A program made the translations under genes and the position numbers. From assembly GCA_002633005.1 (NCBI GenBank), contig NMRA01000330.1, forward strand, positions 248,001-312,000: a DNA stretch of 64,000 nt, in the 5' to 3' direction. This stretch comes from Phoronis australis. Taxonomy: Eukaryota > Animalia > Phoronida. Positions 34,781 through 48,670 of the stretch are shown here, one piece after another (positions within the stretch are counted from its first letter, which is position 1; every line of letters starts with the position of its first letter). Below the pieces are notes generated by a model that was not told where the DNA came from, did no database searches, and saw only the letters and a program-made list of their open reading frames with translations.

Positions 34781-36626
34781 TTCAGATAGACAAAAATCGT
34801 TTGGTGTACTTTGCTATTTGGGGATCTCATGATAGATCGAAATTTCCAAATGTCAGCTTGCATGACTAAGTTCAGTGAAGCATAGCAATTGCTTACAAGA
34901 TTAGCTTCTAATTGTCAAAAAATCATCTATCAATCACTCGATTTTCCTAGATACATCAACATGTAAATCAGAAACTAATGAATTTGTTTGTGAAAAGTAA
35001 ATAATAAGCAATTTCCGCAGGCAAGCTTGCAGATTTTTAGCGGGTAACCGGGGTAACATGGGAAACGAAGCATTCGTATTTAGGTGTATTGTTGCTCATT
35101 TCAGAGGTACCTATAACGGTTCACGAGTTAAACTTGAACTCCGAAAAACGCTGAAAACTTTGTTTGTGATTGCGAGTACTTTGAGTACCTCCGTTCGACA
35201 TGTATACAGTCATCACCAATCGTAGCACCAACAGTCTTTTCGACATTCGCAAATTACTTACAAACAACGCCTAGAAACGATCTTTAAAAGAAATATTGTT
35301 TTTGTGATACTATGGTGAAAAGTAACATTATTTTATAAACAACCATTGGAAATAGTCATTTCCGTAATTCATAAGTACTGGTCTTCACGTTCTTCAAAAT
35401 TCCACCTTTTCGATGGCTGTCAATCCTATTATATTTTCACATTTTTGGTTATTTGGGTCTATTGTCTTGATATTGCTGTGCTGTGTACCAATGTTTTGTG
35501 TTTTTGATGAATTTGGAGCCTCAACTTCCTGTCGTGAATAATTGGCAATGTCGGACTTACATACATACAGGGACAAAGGGACAATTCTCCCTAGGCTAAC
35601 CGCCCCACCGAGAGAGGGTTCCGTCTGAAATGGGACACTTTAAGATAAAAGGCTAAACATCATTAAGCTTGGAAAAGAGTGACAGTTCATTCCATCGTCG
35701 TGTGACCCTGCAAGAAAAGACCTTCCTCAACATGAAAGCCGGTTATACGATTAAAAAACAACAGGAAAATGGAGATAATCGATTCCAACATTGGGCCCTC
35801 TCCCCTGAGCGGTCCCTTAAGAAGTTTTAAATAAAAAACGAATGTCATCACTAAGTGGCCCCCTTCAAGAGGTGGGCCCCCTTCAGGGGCTGGTCTCCTA
35901 AATATGAATTGATGATTATTTTCAAAGATCAGGAAATGCGCAGCAAGTGTTGTTCTCTGTCACGTCATCAATTTTCTCAAGTGATATAAAATTTCGAGAA
36001 AAGCCAAAACAAAAAAAGAGAGCGACAGTTGTCTCCGTAATCCCTTGCAAGAGAGGAGTCTCTGGAAAAATATAGTTTTACATTCGCAAAATTGTCTTAA
36101 TGAATTTAATATTTTCTCGATTTTTCGAAATACATATATGAATTTTAAGTGTACGTTTTCAAGTGCGTTTAGGCGACCCGTGCTGCAAAAACGGAGACCC
36201 TAACAACAATGACCTGGCCGGGGTCCTCAAAGGGTAACCCATGCACTGATACTGAGTTGCCAAATGTTCTCTTGAATTTTCTCTCTTATCCGTATTCGCA
36301 ATCTTTCATTTCTCGACTGTCCGCCGGCCCCACGCCTATGTCACTTTTCACGGTTTAAGGGGGGGGGGGGTATCCCCTGAAATGGCCATTTCTACAATTC
36401 TCGCGCCAGGGGATATCAATGTTCAATAAACTGGTTTGTCCCGGCGTGCCATGTTATGCGCCAAGCACAGTGTTGAGCATTAGCGATCGTCACTTTTTCT
36501 CTACTCTTGAAATCATAAATCATGGGACTATACTGGGGACCAATTTTATAGTAGGCCATGTGGCACGGCTGCTGTACTACAACATATGTGATCTACAAAT
36601 GTGAAAATTGTTAATTGTAATACTTA

Positions 36627-36783
36627 CCGTAATCGTTCGGGTTAACGCCCTGGGCGGTTAAATTGGCGAATCCAAAAAATCGGGGGAGGGCGGTTAACCG
36701 AGCTGGGCGGTTAAATCGAAAATCCACTTAAAGTCAGGGATGGGCGGTTAACTGAACATGGGCGTTAACCCGAACGATTACGG
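36627..36783. mobile_element. Tc1/mariner-pogo type MITE, 157 bp
   Basis: Perfect 24-bp TIR CCGTAATCGTTCGGGTTAACGCCC, TA TSD, four internal GGGCGGTTAA repeats. Confidence 0.92.
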
Positions 36784-37356
36784 TACGTTATTAGGCAGTA
36801 GTTTCTCGTAAATCATAACCGCATAGTTATTGTAATTTCTTTTGTGGTAATAGGCCTATGTCCGGTTTTCTTAGCGTACAATACGCTTATTTCATGTTCA
36901 AAATTACTACAACACTTGGTTTTCCTCAATTTTCATCTGCTGGATTATGACCCTTTTATTGACTACGTTGCACGCACAGCACAATCAGAAGCAGAATACT
37001 GCCTGTGTACGGTTCCGAGTCTCTTCAGTCCGATTTCCAAAATTCAGATATCTTGTGCACGGGGTGTACTTTTCATGAGCTTTTCAATATGTATGCTATT
37101 TAAAACTTTCAATCTCCTCAAAACTTAAAAATACAGCCCCAGTCTTTACAGTCATGTTTACGATGGGCATTTTGCCCCCTCCAAGAGAGAAGGCTAACAT
37201 CACCTGAAGCTGCATTGTTTCTTTGAATATGACGGCGACTGATTTCGGCGAACCCGCGCGGTCAACATGATGCCCAAATCGACTTGTGTGGGTGTCAGGC
37301 GTAGGATTCTTTTCGTGGACTTTCACTGAGATATCAATATGTTGGTGGAACAAAGA

Positions 37357-37526
37357 CATGGGCGGTGCAGCACTCGGAAAAAAGTGGGGGTCTAAAGCCC
37401 CCCCCCTCGGGCTCGACCCTGAGTACGTGGTCAAAGCATATCGCCCCGGCCGCAGTAGCCCAAGGGCGGCGCAGCACTGAAAAAAATGGGGGCTATAGCT
37501 CTCTCCTCCCTGGTGCACCGCCCATG
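37357..37526 (-). mobile_element. MITE family D copy
   Basis: TIR CATGGGCGGTGCA...TGCACCGCCCATG; AAGA on both flanks. Confidence 0.8.
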
Positions 37527-37549
37527 AAGAGGGAGACCTCGCCGGGGAT

Positions 37550-38950
37550 CAATCGATAAGATCCTCACCGCCAGAAAACATAATTCTATAATAGAATGAA
37601 CGAAATTTTACTCGACAACGGCGTCGGCAGTCGGTGACCACATAGGCCTATATAGCAGCGGTATTGTGGACTGGACATGACCTGTCAACAATTAAGGCTA
37701 TTGACTCTGATATATATATCTGTGTCCAAATCATATAATAAATACAGGTAATTTTTTTGATACCAATGATATGTTCGGGTTATCGACGTACCAAAAATCC
37801 GGTCAGGTGGCCAGTGCTGTTGTCGGCTCACTACTGACGGCTGTTTTAATGCCTGATGCCAAGACGGGTTTTGAAAATTAGATATGCCATTTCAAAATAG
37901 TGTAGCAATGCAAAGCAATTAACAAAATATGCCACTCAGTAGAGGCCAGATCGTTGCTGATTTAATCTTTATTCATTGACTCCCGAGGTTCACTCCGACA
38001 GTAGGATTTCCCGGATGCGGCCGGAGCAGTTGCGGTCGGCGGCCTTTTCAATGCAGTGAACTTGTCATTTGTTTTTTTTTCATGCGAGTTATACGAGATG
38101 ACTAGTTACTTTCCAAAAACAGAACTTTCCTCTCAGCGGAAGCGGCGATTAATTAAAGGTTGCTGAATGAGTCGAGTTTCGGAGTCACGGTGTTCAGTCC
38201 GAGGTGGAGTTTTAAAAACACGAACCAGACTAGTGCACGGCTTCCTGGCAAACAGGTTTCTTACCACGCCCCGTAGCGGCAAGATATCAACGTAGGCCTA
38301 ATTCTTGCGCATGAAAAAAGTTCAACTTACTTTTCTGTAAAGTGACAGCTATTGTAGGATACTATGCGCTATAAATTCCTACATAGTTCACAAATTATAG
38401 GTTTTTAACTTTGAAAAAGTGTCCAATTACAGTTCAAACGTAATAACGATGCAAAATTATATTCTTTATCGGAGGAAGCCGTGTTTACAAAGTACGTTAG
38501 TTGCCTACAGGTATCGCTGCATTTGCTTCGTCGAGTGCTGTAAGTAAAAACGTGAGTATATCGCCAGCCTTGCTTTCCAAACAATATGACGACATTTTAT
38601 AATACTGCTATTTTCCGTTGCGTATATTGATATAAGGTGGTTTTATTGTATCTGAAAACTGTAACGAAGAATCCAAATCGCAATATAAACCATCCAAATG
38701 TGCGTGTCTGTCGTGTCAAAACCTACTCACGTGTGCTGGCTTAGGTTTACTTGCGGTTTTCGCACAGCGTTTTCTTTGAGAAAGTTGGAATGTGCTACCT
38801 TCACAGTTGTTTCAAAACATACCTGGAATATAACATAATCATCTACGTGTCCTTAGCAGTTCACACATGCAAGAATTCTGTAGTCAAATAGTAGTCCACT
38901 TCCAAAAAACAACTTCCACTATTCCGGCTTCCGCTGGAAGAAACCCTCGA
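37550..38950 (+). promoter_or_regulatory. CpG-rich candidate promoter/5' UTR exon region of the villin-like gene
   Basis: Visually CpG-rich block just before the CpG-poor gene body; candidate donors CAG|GTAATT (~37747) and GCT|GTAAGT (~38539). The first coding exon has a splice acceptor, so an upstream exon is implied. Inference only. Confidence 0.3.
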
Positions 38951-39299
38951 ACTTCGAAGATCACTGTCATTTCCGAATGGCATACTCCACAAGTAAAAAC
39001 TTGATCAGTTGGTCTTCCCTCAAGTCACAACATTAACATAGGTACCATTGATAAAATGCCATGTGGGGAGCCGGGAACGGCACTAGTCAGATATAATGGA
39101 CCCTGACTTAGAGAACCGAGCAATTACTTCAAATAACGGTCGTTGTTTAGTGGATGAAACTGGTTCTCTAAATCAGGGTCCATTATATCTGACTAGTGCC
39201 TGGGTAGCTTGTCCACAAATGCTGCTGACTTCATTCATGACAGACTTTTCATGTGGTAGCACCCAGTACTGTATTTGGCTCTGTTAGGCCTTGCGACAA

Positions 39300-41200
39300 C
39301 TACAGGTAATGTTTGGGTTTGCAAAATGTAGGCAAACTTGGGCTCCGTCAAGTAACTATATCTTCTTGAGTGTGTTTGTAGTTATCTGCACTACAGACAA
39401 AATGTAGGCCTATGTATCAGTGTGAGCTAGACTTGATAACCAGGCCAAGCTACACCAAGTTGTTAAACCTTGGAACACAATTTTGCCCACTGAATATTAC
39501 AAATTAAAATCGTACCTGTGGTAATTGCAAGGCCTAAATGGAGTAAAATACAGTACAAGTTCCAAACCAAAACAAAAAGTCATGTTTTGAAAGATGACGG
39601 CAGTATATGCAGAAATGTCGGCAGTTTTCACACAATTGTCTTACTTTTGACACCATTTTATTGCTGAGCAAAACTGCTCAAAGTGATTTGTGAAAAGATG
39701 TCAAAAGATAGCCTAATGACCTAGTTTTTACATGAATGTCATTGGTTGAAAGGAGAGCAACCCTGGAGATTTTATTCTGGCAGAAGCGGAGGCAAACGTT
39801 GGAAGTCTCCGATTTTGGAGGTGGTCTTTTTGATTTCTAATTTTTGTGCAGGAACAGAACAAAGGATGATTATTTTCTTAAACTGTTGTGAAGGTCGCAC
39901 ATTTCACATTTCGTCAAATTTCTTTGATAACCACCATTTGCAAAAGCTGCATAAAGTGCCAGCACTTGAGTCGCATTGGTTTGTGACTGGTGTGACCATG
40001 TGTGAATGGGAAGTGGTTCTTGACTCCAGGCTAGGAACCAGTACTTACTGGTTCCTAGCTTTAGGCAAATGGTCTGCTGTCATGTGTTACTGGGTGGACT
40101 TACAATCTCGAAATTGTGCTCAGTATAAAGTTATCCAGATTCGTGGAGGGCATGGGCTCTGTAACAGTGTAATGCCAGGGGGATAAGATGTTTTAACTCA
40201 ACCTAGACAGGTCCCCGTCTGTGCTGCCTCCTCTTGTCATGGCACGGCCTCATAACCCTCTGTACGTTTCAAAGCTAGACATCTGAACAAGTCGGCCTAG
40301 GTGATTTTAAGAAGCACCCTCAGCAAGAAAAATAATTTTACAGAAATTAGAAGTATTTGCAAGATTTCTTATTGGATCTCCTTGAAACTGGGTAGATATT
40401 TTTTATCAGAAATTGGGCGGTAGTTGCTTTTTCTGCTCTCCCATCCGGAATTTGATTTCTGGCATCCACCTTCATCTATGAAAGCACTGAAAGATGCTGC
40501 GAACTTGTATGTTGGTATTGGGGAATGGAAAGTTCTCACCAATATTGGGACAAATTTGTGTTGTGCTGCACTACCATGGGTGGCGTACCATAGGGGTCTG
40601 GGGGCTATATCCCCCCTCCCACATTTTTTCAGTGCTGCACCGCCCATGGTCCTTGGGTGGTGTGCCACAGGGGGGGGGGCTTGGGGCTCTAGCCCCCCAC
40701 TTGTTTCAGTGCTATGCTGCTCGTGGAAACTTTTTAATTTGCTGTTGATCCCTGTTGTTGTAGTTTTTCAAATAATCTCCCTTGTGTCTTAGCTGTTTAG
40801 GATGTGTTGGGTGGGTACATACTAGTGTTCAGCATTGTTCGTTTTTGGGGCATTATGGGGAGAGCATGTGGTAACCAAAGTAGGTGCTGATGTCATTTTT
40901 ATGTTCGTCCACAAGTCCGTAGATGCGGGTGCATATTTAGAGGTGGTATCCACCTGCATTGAAATTGAAAAGAGGATAATTTGTGTGTACTACTGCATTC
41001 CTGGCTCAACTCGGTAAAAGTGGCAATTAATTATGATGGGAATTGGGAAAGTTTGCACCATTTTAGGCCTAGAAGTCCCCATCCACACCATTGCAAATAG
41101 TGGAGTCAGAGTGCTGCAGGGCTTTGCCTTCATACAATACATGTGTGCATGTTCTGAAATGGTTCCAACTGAGCAGGAGAGTGCTCTTGACACTTTGTTG
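39300..41200 (-). mobile_element. Very decayed CR1/L2-type LINE
   Basis: Minus-strand remnants SNYRPIS (~40405-40428) and APTLVT (~40870-40890), plus weak downstream RT-like traces. Confidence 0.35.
40575..40723 (+). mobile_element. MITE family D copy
   Basis: CATGGGTGGCG...CAGTGCTGCACCGCCCATG plus a second subunit. Confidence 0.7.
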
Positions 41201-44200
41201 CACGTGGAAACAACATGAGGTCTAATTTCGGGTGGAGTAACAGGTTAGCATCGCAATGTCAGAAAAAGGGACGTAAACGGACCTACCTTGCCTATTCTTT
41301 TGCAAAAGGTCTATTGTGACCTACTGCTAGTGACCTCTATTGGGTAAATGTTAGTCCCCAGCTACGTGTCATTTGTCAAACCAATGATATGCCCGTTTAC
41401 CAAAATGTGACAAATGGACTTTTGATTTGGAAGGGAGAAGTATTTGTGACAAATACTTGTCCTTATTTTGTCCACGTGGTGATGATATGCAACTTAATTT
41501 GCTGAACATTACCTGAATTAAATTTTGCTTAAAAAACTCCTTTATGTTTTGTCTGAAGGTATCTTAGGTTTTTTGACCGAAGGTTGTTCATGCGAAAGCT
41601 ACGGACCTATGTAGTAAGGAAGTCAAAATAACTTTCATGCCTGATTAAGCGTCATAAAATATCAATTAGAAAATATAAGTCAGAAAATATCAGTCTGGAA
41701 ATATCAGTCGGGGAAATATTAGTCTGAATTGAAGCTTGTCACTGTACCATCAGGATTCAGGGATTGAAGTGCTTTTTTGGTGCTACAGCAGTGGGCTTGA
41801 TGTAAAGCCAGTGCAGTGCCTGTCTTTAAAAATCTTTTGATGCTTTGTGGCACAACCCTTTTTAAAATTTAGTTTGCATCGCTAATTTGATGTGCCCACA
41901 GAAACTTTTGGGAATGCAAATTGCAGTCACCTCTGTCCAGTGTCCGCCCTGCTGTCCATCTAGCGCCCGTCTGCCATTGGCATTTGGTTTCCTTAGTAAC
42001 AACTTGAAGAATCTTCTTGAAATTTGGAAAGTGTGTATGAACTCCATGACAACGTTTGGACAAATTTGACTGCTGCTTTGCCCCCTTGTGACTGATTTTT
42101 TGTATTTGCTTTTATGTATGACACGTCCCTTATTGGTCTTTAAGAAACATGGAAAATATGTTTATGTCAAACAGTGGATCTCACATTGCATGTTCTGCAC
42201 TCCCTAATAACAGTGATTAATATTTTGATGTCTGTTTTGGTATCCACCTTTCTGTCTGTGGAATGTGACGTACACGTTTCTGTTGACAGAAACCTGGTTG
42301 ATGTTGATTTTTGGACAGCTTCAACTTAACAGGTGGCCAAACAAAATCTCAAGTCACCTTGGTGAGCTGCAGTTCACCATATCAAGCCTTGGTATGGGAA
42401 TTCTTCACTTATTGGGGAATTCTTCACTTATTGTTGAGTAGTTTCTGTAATTATCATTTTTATTGGTCCACTGTCTGGTGTCCATCCTGCGCTTGTCACC
42501 TGAACATGATCACTCCTTATGAAGCACACAGTGAGCTTATACTCACCTCCATGTTGATCTTGATTTTTATGAAACTGATTTCTTTGCTACGAATGTTGTA
42601 AACGTCGCCAAATTCTGTTTTATGACATCTCCAAAGCTAATCACAAACCTACATTTTCTTGATATTTATTTTTGTTGTGAAATTTGTCAAATTTCAGTAC
42701 ACGTCCACCATAGTGTAGAATTTCTGTAAAGAACATATGGTGCTACTGAACATGAAATTTCACTAATATTTGTCCTTATTTTACATCCTAGGTTAATGAA
42801 ATTTAACTGTAGATAAATATTTTACGACTGCCATAAATCATGTACCTGACTGACAACAGGAGATAGTGTTTATTTAGTGCTAATCAACAGTAGATAGGTA
42901 GTTGGTGGGACATGGCCATGTACACAGCCTCTGGAGTAACTGGCCCAGTGTGGAAATAGAAGCCACCCTAGAAACCAGTTGTATTATCTGATATCAGTTG
43001 TCACCAACATAGAGTACAGACTGGCTTGATTCACTGCAGTGCAGTGATAGTCACGGTGCAGCTAATATTGTGAGGTGTTGTACAACACTGCCCTGCTAAA
43101 CAGCTTGTAGTTAAGTTCCTGTGGATTTGCAGTAGTTCATGGAGTTCTTTAGAAAGGGCTTTTGATTTTTTGTCAACAAATGTTCTCCACGTGGTCCGAT
43201 GTACTTTTCTTGTAGTCTGTCATAATTCCTTTTCCTAGTTATGCCAACACTTCAATGTTTAGGGAGAAATCGATTTATGTCGAAGTAAAAAAGTGGATTG
43301 ATCAACGAAGCATCAGTACGTCACTATATTGGGAACGCATCAGTACGTCACTATAATGGGAATGTTTCATTTCATTTTCATCTAAGTCAACATGGACATG
43401 AAATATGCGCCATTCTTCTGTAAGTGGTTCATTTTAATTTTATGAATATACGTAAGTGATTATTCATCTTTGTTTGAAAAGTTACTTGTAGGAAAATCTT
43501 TGAGTTTAAATTGGTTGCACTACCCCTACTGCAATAACCTCACTAATCCTTACCTCCTTTTACGTTGGATTTGTTCTGAAGTCAACGGCTGTTCACAGCT
43601 ATGCTTCTTCAACAGCATGTTTCTGATAATGAGATTGGGGTCATAAACTGGGACATCCATTCGCAAAAACAAAAATAATAGCCATAATTGTCATTATTTG
43701 ATTTTTCAAACACTGTATTGCCGAAAATGTTCAAAATTTCATCTTGTGTTTGTTGATGACAGTCGTACGAACAGTTAAGTTAACTTTGCAGTTGATGTCG
43801 ACGCTCTGCTCAGACCGGAGTTAAGTCAGTATGAAAATGCCTTTAAGGCATCTGCGATGACAAAGCTGGATTCCGAGGTCACTCATCTTATAGAGGCACT
43901 ATTGCGCATAATGAACCTGAAGGATTTTCTGACATTACTCTATATCAAATAACTGAGTTCTCCTAAGCTATTCCTTATAGTTCTTTTCTGTGTATAATCA
44001 CAAAAATCTCACCTTGTTAAGACACAATATGGTGTACAAATGAACTTTTATTTTCTCATTTTTTCCATGGAAGATACGTAGTAAAGCCAAATTAATGGTT
44101 TTCAATATTCAAGTTGTCTGGCATAGCTATGATCTGCCACTGTTTGAGAAACTTTTCACAATAGTGTTGGAAACCCTAGAACAGTGAAAAAGGCTTGATG

Positions 44201-47200
44201 TTAGCAACTGTTCTTCAATCCGAAATTGGTGATATATTAACATAAGTGCTAGTTACCACACCCAAAAAGGTGCGTGTTGTGACATACCCGACTACTAATC
44301 AGCCTTGGTCTTGTTATGTCAACAACAGCCAAGTGATTGTGAGTGGGTGACCACCTTACTTATCAAGAACCAAATTCCTTGAGGCACACTGTCTTGCTAG
44401 GGTGGTGATTTCTGAAAGTGGCATAAAATAAATATCTATTGATAACCGATTTAATTAAAGTATGATGTTCTTTTGATTATTTTATATGAAATTAATTGTT
44501 TGTTAAAAACGTATGATAGACCACAGGTCTGGTAATCTAGTTCTAAATACTACCTGTTTAGTTGACAGGGATTATTCCATGAAACATGCCTGTCTATGAT
44601 GTACCTTGAGGAAACTACCTGTGGCATTGGATAGCCTATGAGACCTACGGCTAGTGGAAACGATAATATTTTTGGATGCAAAATTGGATTTTAGCAATAA
44701 GTGCTTTATGAGTAATTGCACTCCCTGGTTGGCGGGGGGGGGGGGGGGGGNCTATATATGTTTATATGCATGACTTGTTCGTCACAAAGCGGCAGGCAAA
44801 TAACTTTAAAGGGCCTGGGATTGATTGTTGAGTCAGGACACTTCCCAAATGTCTAGAGACTATGGATTTTCCTGCCTTTGACCACAGTTAGATCAATCGG
44901 ATCTTTGTGGTGCATGGTATGTACATGTTTAGTGATTGGGTATCAGCCATATTTGTCAATATTGGGTTCTTGAATAATTAAGCTTGCTTGGAATGTTGGA
45001 GGTAGGTGTATTATTCTTCAATTGTGACCAAAGAACAGCATGGATCACTCAGTCACACTTCACAATTTGTAAGTTGTTGAATCTTGGAAATTTCTGCATC
45101 ACAGAAATAATGTGGAAATGGTTTCATTCTTGACTTCTAATTTTCTCCTGTCCCCTTTCTTTTATTGGGGAAGTTTGACCTGACGTCAACCCCCTGTAGT
45201 AAAAATGGACTGTTCCATTTATATTTTGTCATCTTGACTAGCATTTGTGTGGTCAGTGCTCCTAAGGTGGTGCCAGGTTCTGAGTCAGTGCATTCAAACA
45301 TCATGACAGGTAGGAGATAAGCCATACCTTTCCGCAGTCTGTTAGAGTTGTGGATTTAAGCAAATACCAGTCTTGTAATGGTTGGTTTGAACTGATTATT
45401 CTTAACTTAAAAGAGTGTTTTGAGTCACGAATCCAGAGGGGTCTGGAGTGTCCCTGCTTGGCCACTTTAGGACTTTGGTGGGGTGTGATAGTGCCTGATT
45501 TGAGAGCCAGTAACTTCCTCAGTCACTGGTTGATGTAACATATTCTCATTACTTCCCAACACCGAATCGTTGTTACTGTTAGAAATATTTCTAAAAGAGA
45601 GATCACCAAATCTGATCCTTCTACATAAGCTAGATGTAAGTTATTAAATTACCACCCTCCGCGCCTGGTTTTTGTATTTACAACAATGCGAAGAATTCTG
45701 CTCGGTGCAAAGTTTTCATATTGTCCGTCCCTGGAGTATGTGGATGTAAGTTTGACTCTCAAATTACAAAATGAAAATGCTTTGTAGAGAGAATGAAAAA
45801 CTTAGAGGTGAGGTCGATATCAAGAATTTCAAAAACATTTTAGATGGCCTTTGTGCACTTTCCTGTCTCCTTACCACGGAGCCAGCACAGTGTCTGCCAC
45901 AGCAGCATCTTGCATTCTGATATCGGCCAAAATCAATTGGCGTCGAGATATTAACGAGGCACATGTTGTGCGTTAATTTCACAACGATTGGACAGTAAAC
46001 GACACCTGTAGCTCGAGAGCAAAGACTTGGCAAAAAATGTGCTAAGTAAAAATCGACAAGTTTTTCGACATTTCCCGTGTGTTCACTCCGATCATGCATT
46101 GTTGTGCTATGTGACAAATGAGCGTGGAATTAGGCTTGCATCGCTGGGTACATGTGTAATGGGTATTTGATGGATCAATTGATATATGGATTAATTAATG
46201 TGTGATTAATTATAATTCTTTATGAATAGGTTTCATCTTCTGTTACACGCGTAATTCAACCATTTTCGTTAAGTGCCACAGAACAGCCTATTTTAAAGGA
46301 AAGTCGTTCGAGGACAAGGTCATCACTTCATGCAACATTTTTGCTAAAATGTAAAATTGGTATTGATAAACCATGAATTAATGGTTATAATATTCGCATC
46401 CTGAATTCAACTCATCTCTTTGGCAAAGTAAGAAAATTTCCGCTGTATAACTGACCTACTTTTAAAAAGGTTTGACAGCTAAAATTTCTGTACTGAGGTC
46501 AATGTCAATCTTGGTTTTGCTGTAAAATAGGGATTGGCATTCACAACTGTGTAACAAGTGTCCCACTCTTGTAGAATTGTGGGTAAATATGATTAAAGGA
46601 AAGAGGGCGCTGTTGCAGTTTAATACATGATGTTCTTAACTTGTGGATTATGCTAGTTTAATTTTATGGTAGTGAGATATAGGTTTTGACATGGCAGGGA
46701 GTCATGTTACCTGAATAGTGATAGATTGTGTTTCAGGGGACCACTATTGGCTTTGTTTCTATAAAATTGCCTGACATTCAACCACCATAGAACCAAGCAC
46801 AGTTCACCGGAAACTCCTCCCAAATTTGAGGACAGTATCAGATCTCAAATTCCTTAACAACACCGAAGTTTTATGCAGAATAGATTATACAAAGGTTAAA
46901 GGTTACTAAATTCTCTGTCAATACAGTATGTTTCCTGCAACATTACTGCCTGCGCTTTGATATCTCATCTTTACGCTCCCTTTTTCAAAGAACTGTCTCA
47001 AAGTAACTGCTTATGTAAAACTGACTGATGTAACTCTTAAACAAATGTAGTTGTGTTTTGTGGATATCAGAAGGGAGTCACCATGGATCCAGTATCAGCA
47101 TATTTTCTCAGAACCATTACAAAGATCTACCACCTTGTTTCTACACCAGAGCACAGCGGTTTCCAAATCTAGGCTAAATCCAGATGTCAATCTAGTCCAG

Positions 47201-47921
47201 TTTTAAGCGTTCAAAGAGTTACTAACCAAACCTTCATCGACCTGTACCGGGGAACTGAAACCTAAGACATCTGTTTTAGCTAAATTTATCGCATTGGTTT
47301 GAAAAATTTGATCCTAGCCTAACTTTTCATAGGGAATTCAATTTCAGAACAACATTGAAAAAATCACCCGTTAGTTATATTTTTATCCAGTGTGGGGGTC
47401 ATTTTAGAAAAACAAGGCTAATTTTGAGCCACAAGACCCCAAATCTGCCAATTTGGAGGACATGTGTAGGGTTTGTATTGTCTTTCCTTTTTTGATTCTA
47501 TTTTGGTGGAGATTTTGTGTGCGTGATTTCGTCGGCTAGTTCTGTTAGGCAGTGTTTTTAATCACTTAAAAGTGCTTGGTATGAATGCAGGCACACCTCA
47601 AGCCAAGAACATAAATCCATGGTTGGTATAGATCTGTGTATTTCCGTGTGGTGCTGACATAAAGTTTGATCAGTTTCTGTCCATTGTCCTTGTGTTAGGA
47701 TCTTAATTCAATGTGTATTATTGAAGGCAATGTAAGGTAAGATTGCCTTTCAACCAATGCTCCTTGTTGCCCCCAGTTATCCAAACACAGTGCATCAATG
47801 AAATTTTTATACACCAGTGATACAGAGCAGGTCTCAAAAATAAAGTTATTCCTGCCAGTGTATTTTTGCACTAATGAGGTAATTGCCCTGCTACACACAA
47901 GTGTCCTTAGATGAGTGTACC

Positions 47922-48078
47922 CAGTGGCTGATTTAAGGGGGGCCAAGGGGGCCATAGCCCCCCTAAAATTTTCCTAGATTCAATTTGGTGGTTCGGGGGT
48001 GCGAATTTCTGATGGCCAAAATCCTGGCTAATACTCTGTCCTGGCCCCCCCTAACTCAAAATCCTGGATCCGCCCCTG
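47922..48078 (+). mobile_element. MITE family B copy with 5-bp TSD
   Basis: CAGTGGCTGA...TCCGCCCCTG; TSD GTACC (47917-21, 48079-83). Confidence 0.85.
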
Positions 48079-48597
48079 GTACCTGATGAGTAGGCTTCTT
48101 GACCACAGTGGTTCTTGTATGTATTGATGAAGTACAAGGTGTCACAAAACAACTGTTTCTAATGACTGCCGGTGGCATTGGCAGCTTCAAATGGTGTAGA
48201 GTGGTGGCCAAGGACGGGGACTGAACTGAGTGGAAGTTGAGAAATTTTGAAACTGCATTCATGTCAGCCAATCAGAGCCTAGAACCTCATCTCTGTACTC
48301 AAGACTTAACTGAGAGTTGAAGCTTAACCATTCATGTTACACTAGTCCAATACAAAGTTGTATGTTTATGGGAACTCTGACACACAATTGTTGCAATTTT
48401 GAGTCAAATTTCGAGCACAGGTATTTGACGCCTGGTCTTGGAAAGCGTTTACTGAGAAAGGTTGAAGTGTGACACTGATGTGTAAATATCATCTTTTTCA
48501 GTGAGGCGTGGAATATTTTGCATGTAGTTTATCCTGTTCAATCTGATCATGGGTAAGATGCCCACAAGTGTGAATGGATTTCTGTGTTTGACCTATG

Positions 48598-48670
48598 CTA
48601 CCGATGGCTCAGTCGCTAGAGCATCTGCACATTTAGCAGAAGGTCCTGGGTTCGAGTCCTGGTCGGGGGC
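48598..48670 (+). pseudogene. tRNA-like sequence (pseudo-tRNA or SINE head) enclosed by inverted repeats
   Basis: A box TGGCTCAGTCG, B box GGTTCGAGTCC, D stem GCTC/GAGC, anticodon stem TCTGC/GCAGA. Loop ACATTTA lacks U33, and the acceptor stem has a mismatch. Confidence 0.7.

Noticed and set aside
48598-48670. Functional tRNA gene
   Set aside because: Non-canonical anticodon loop (no U33), an acceptor-stem mismatch and a repeat context.
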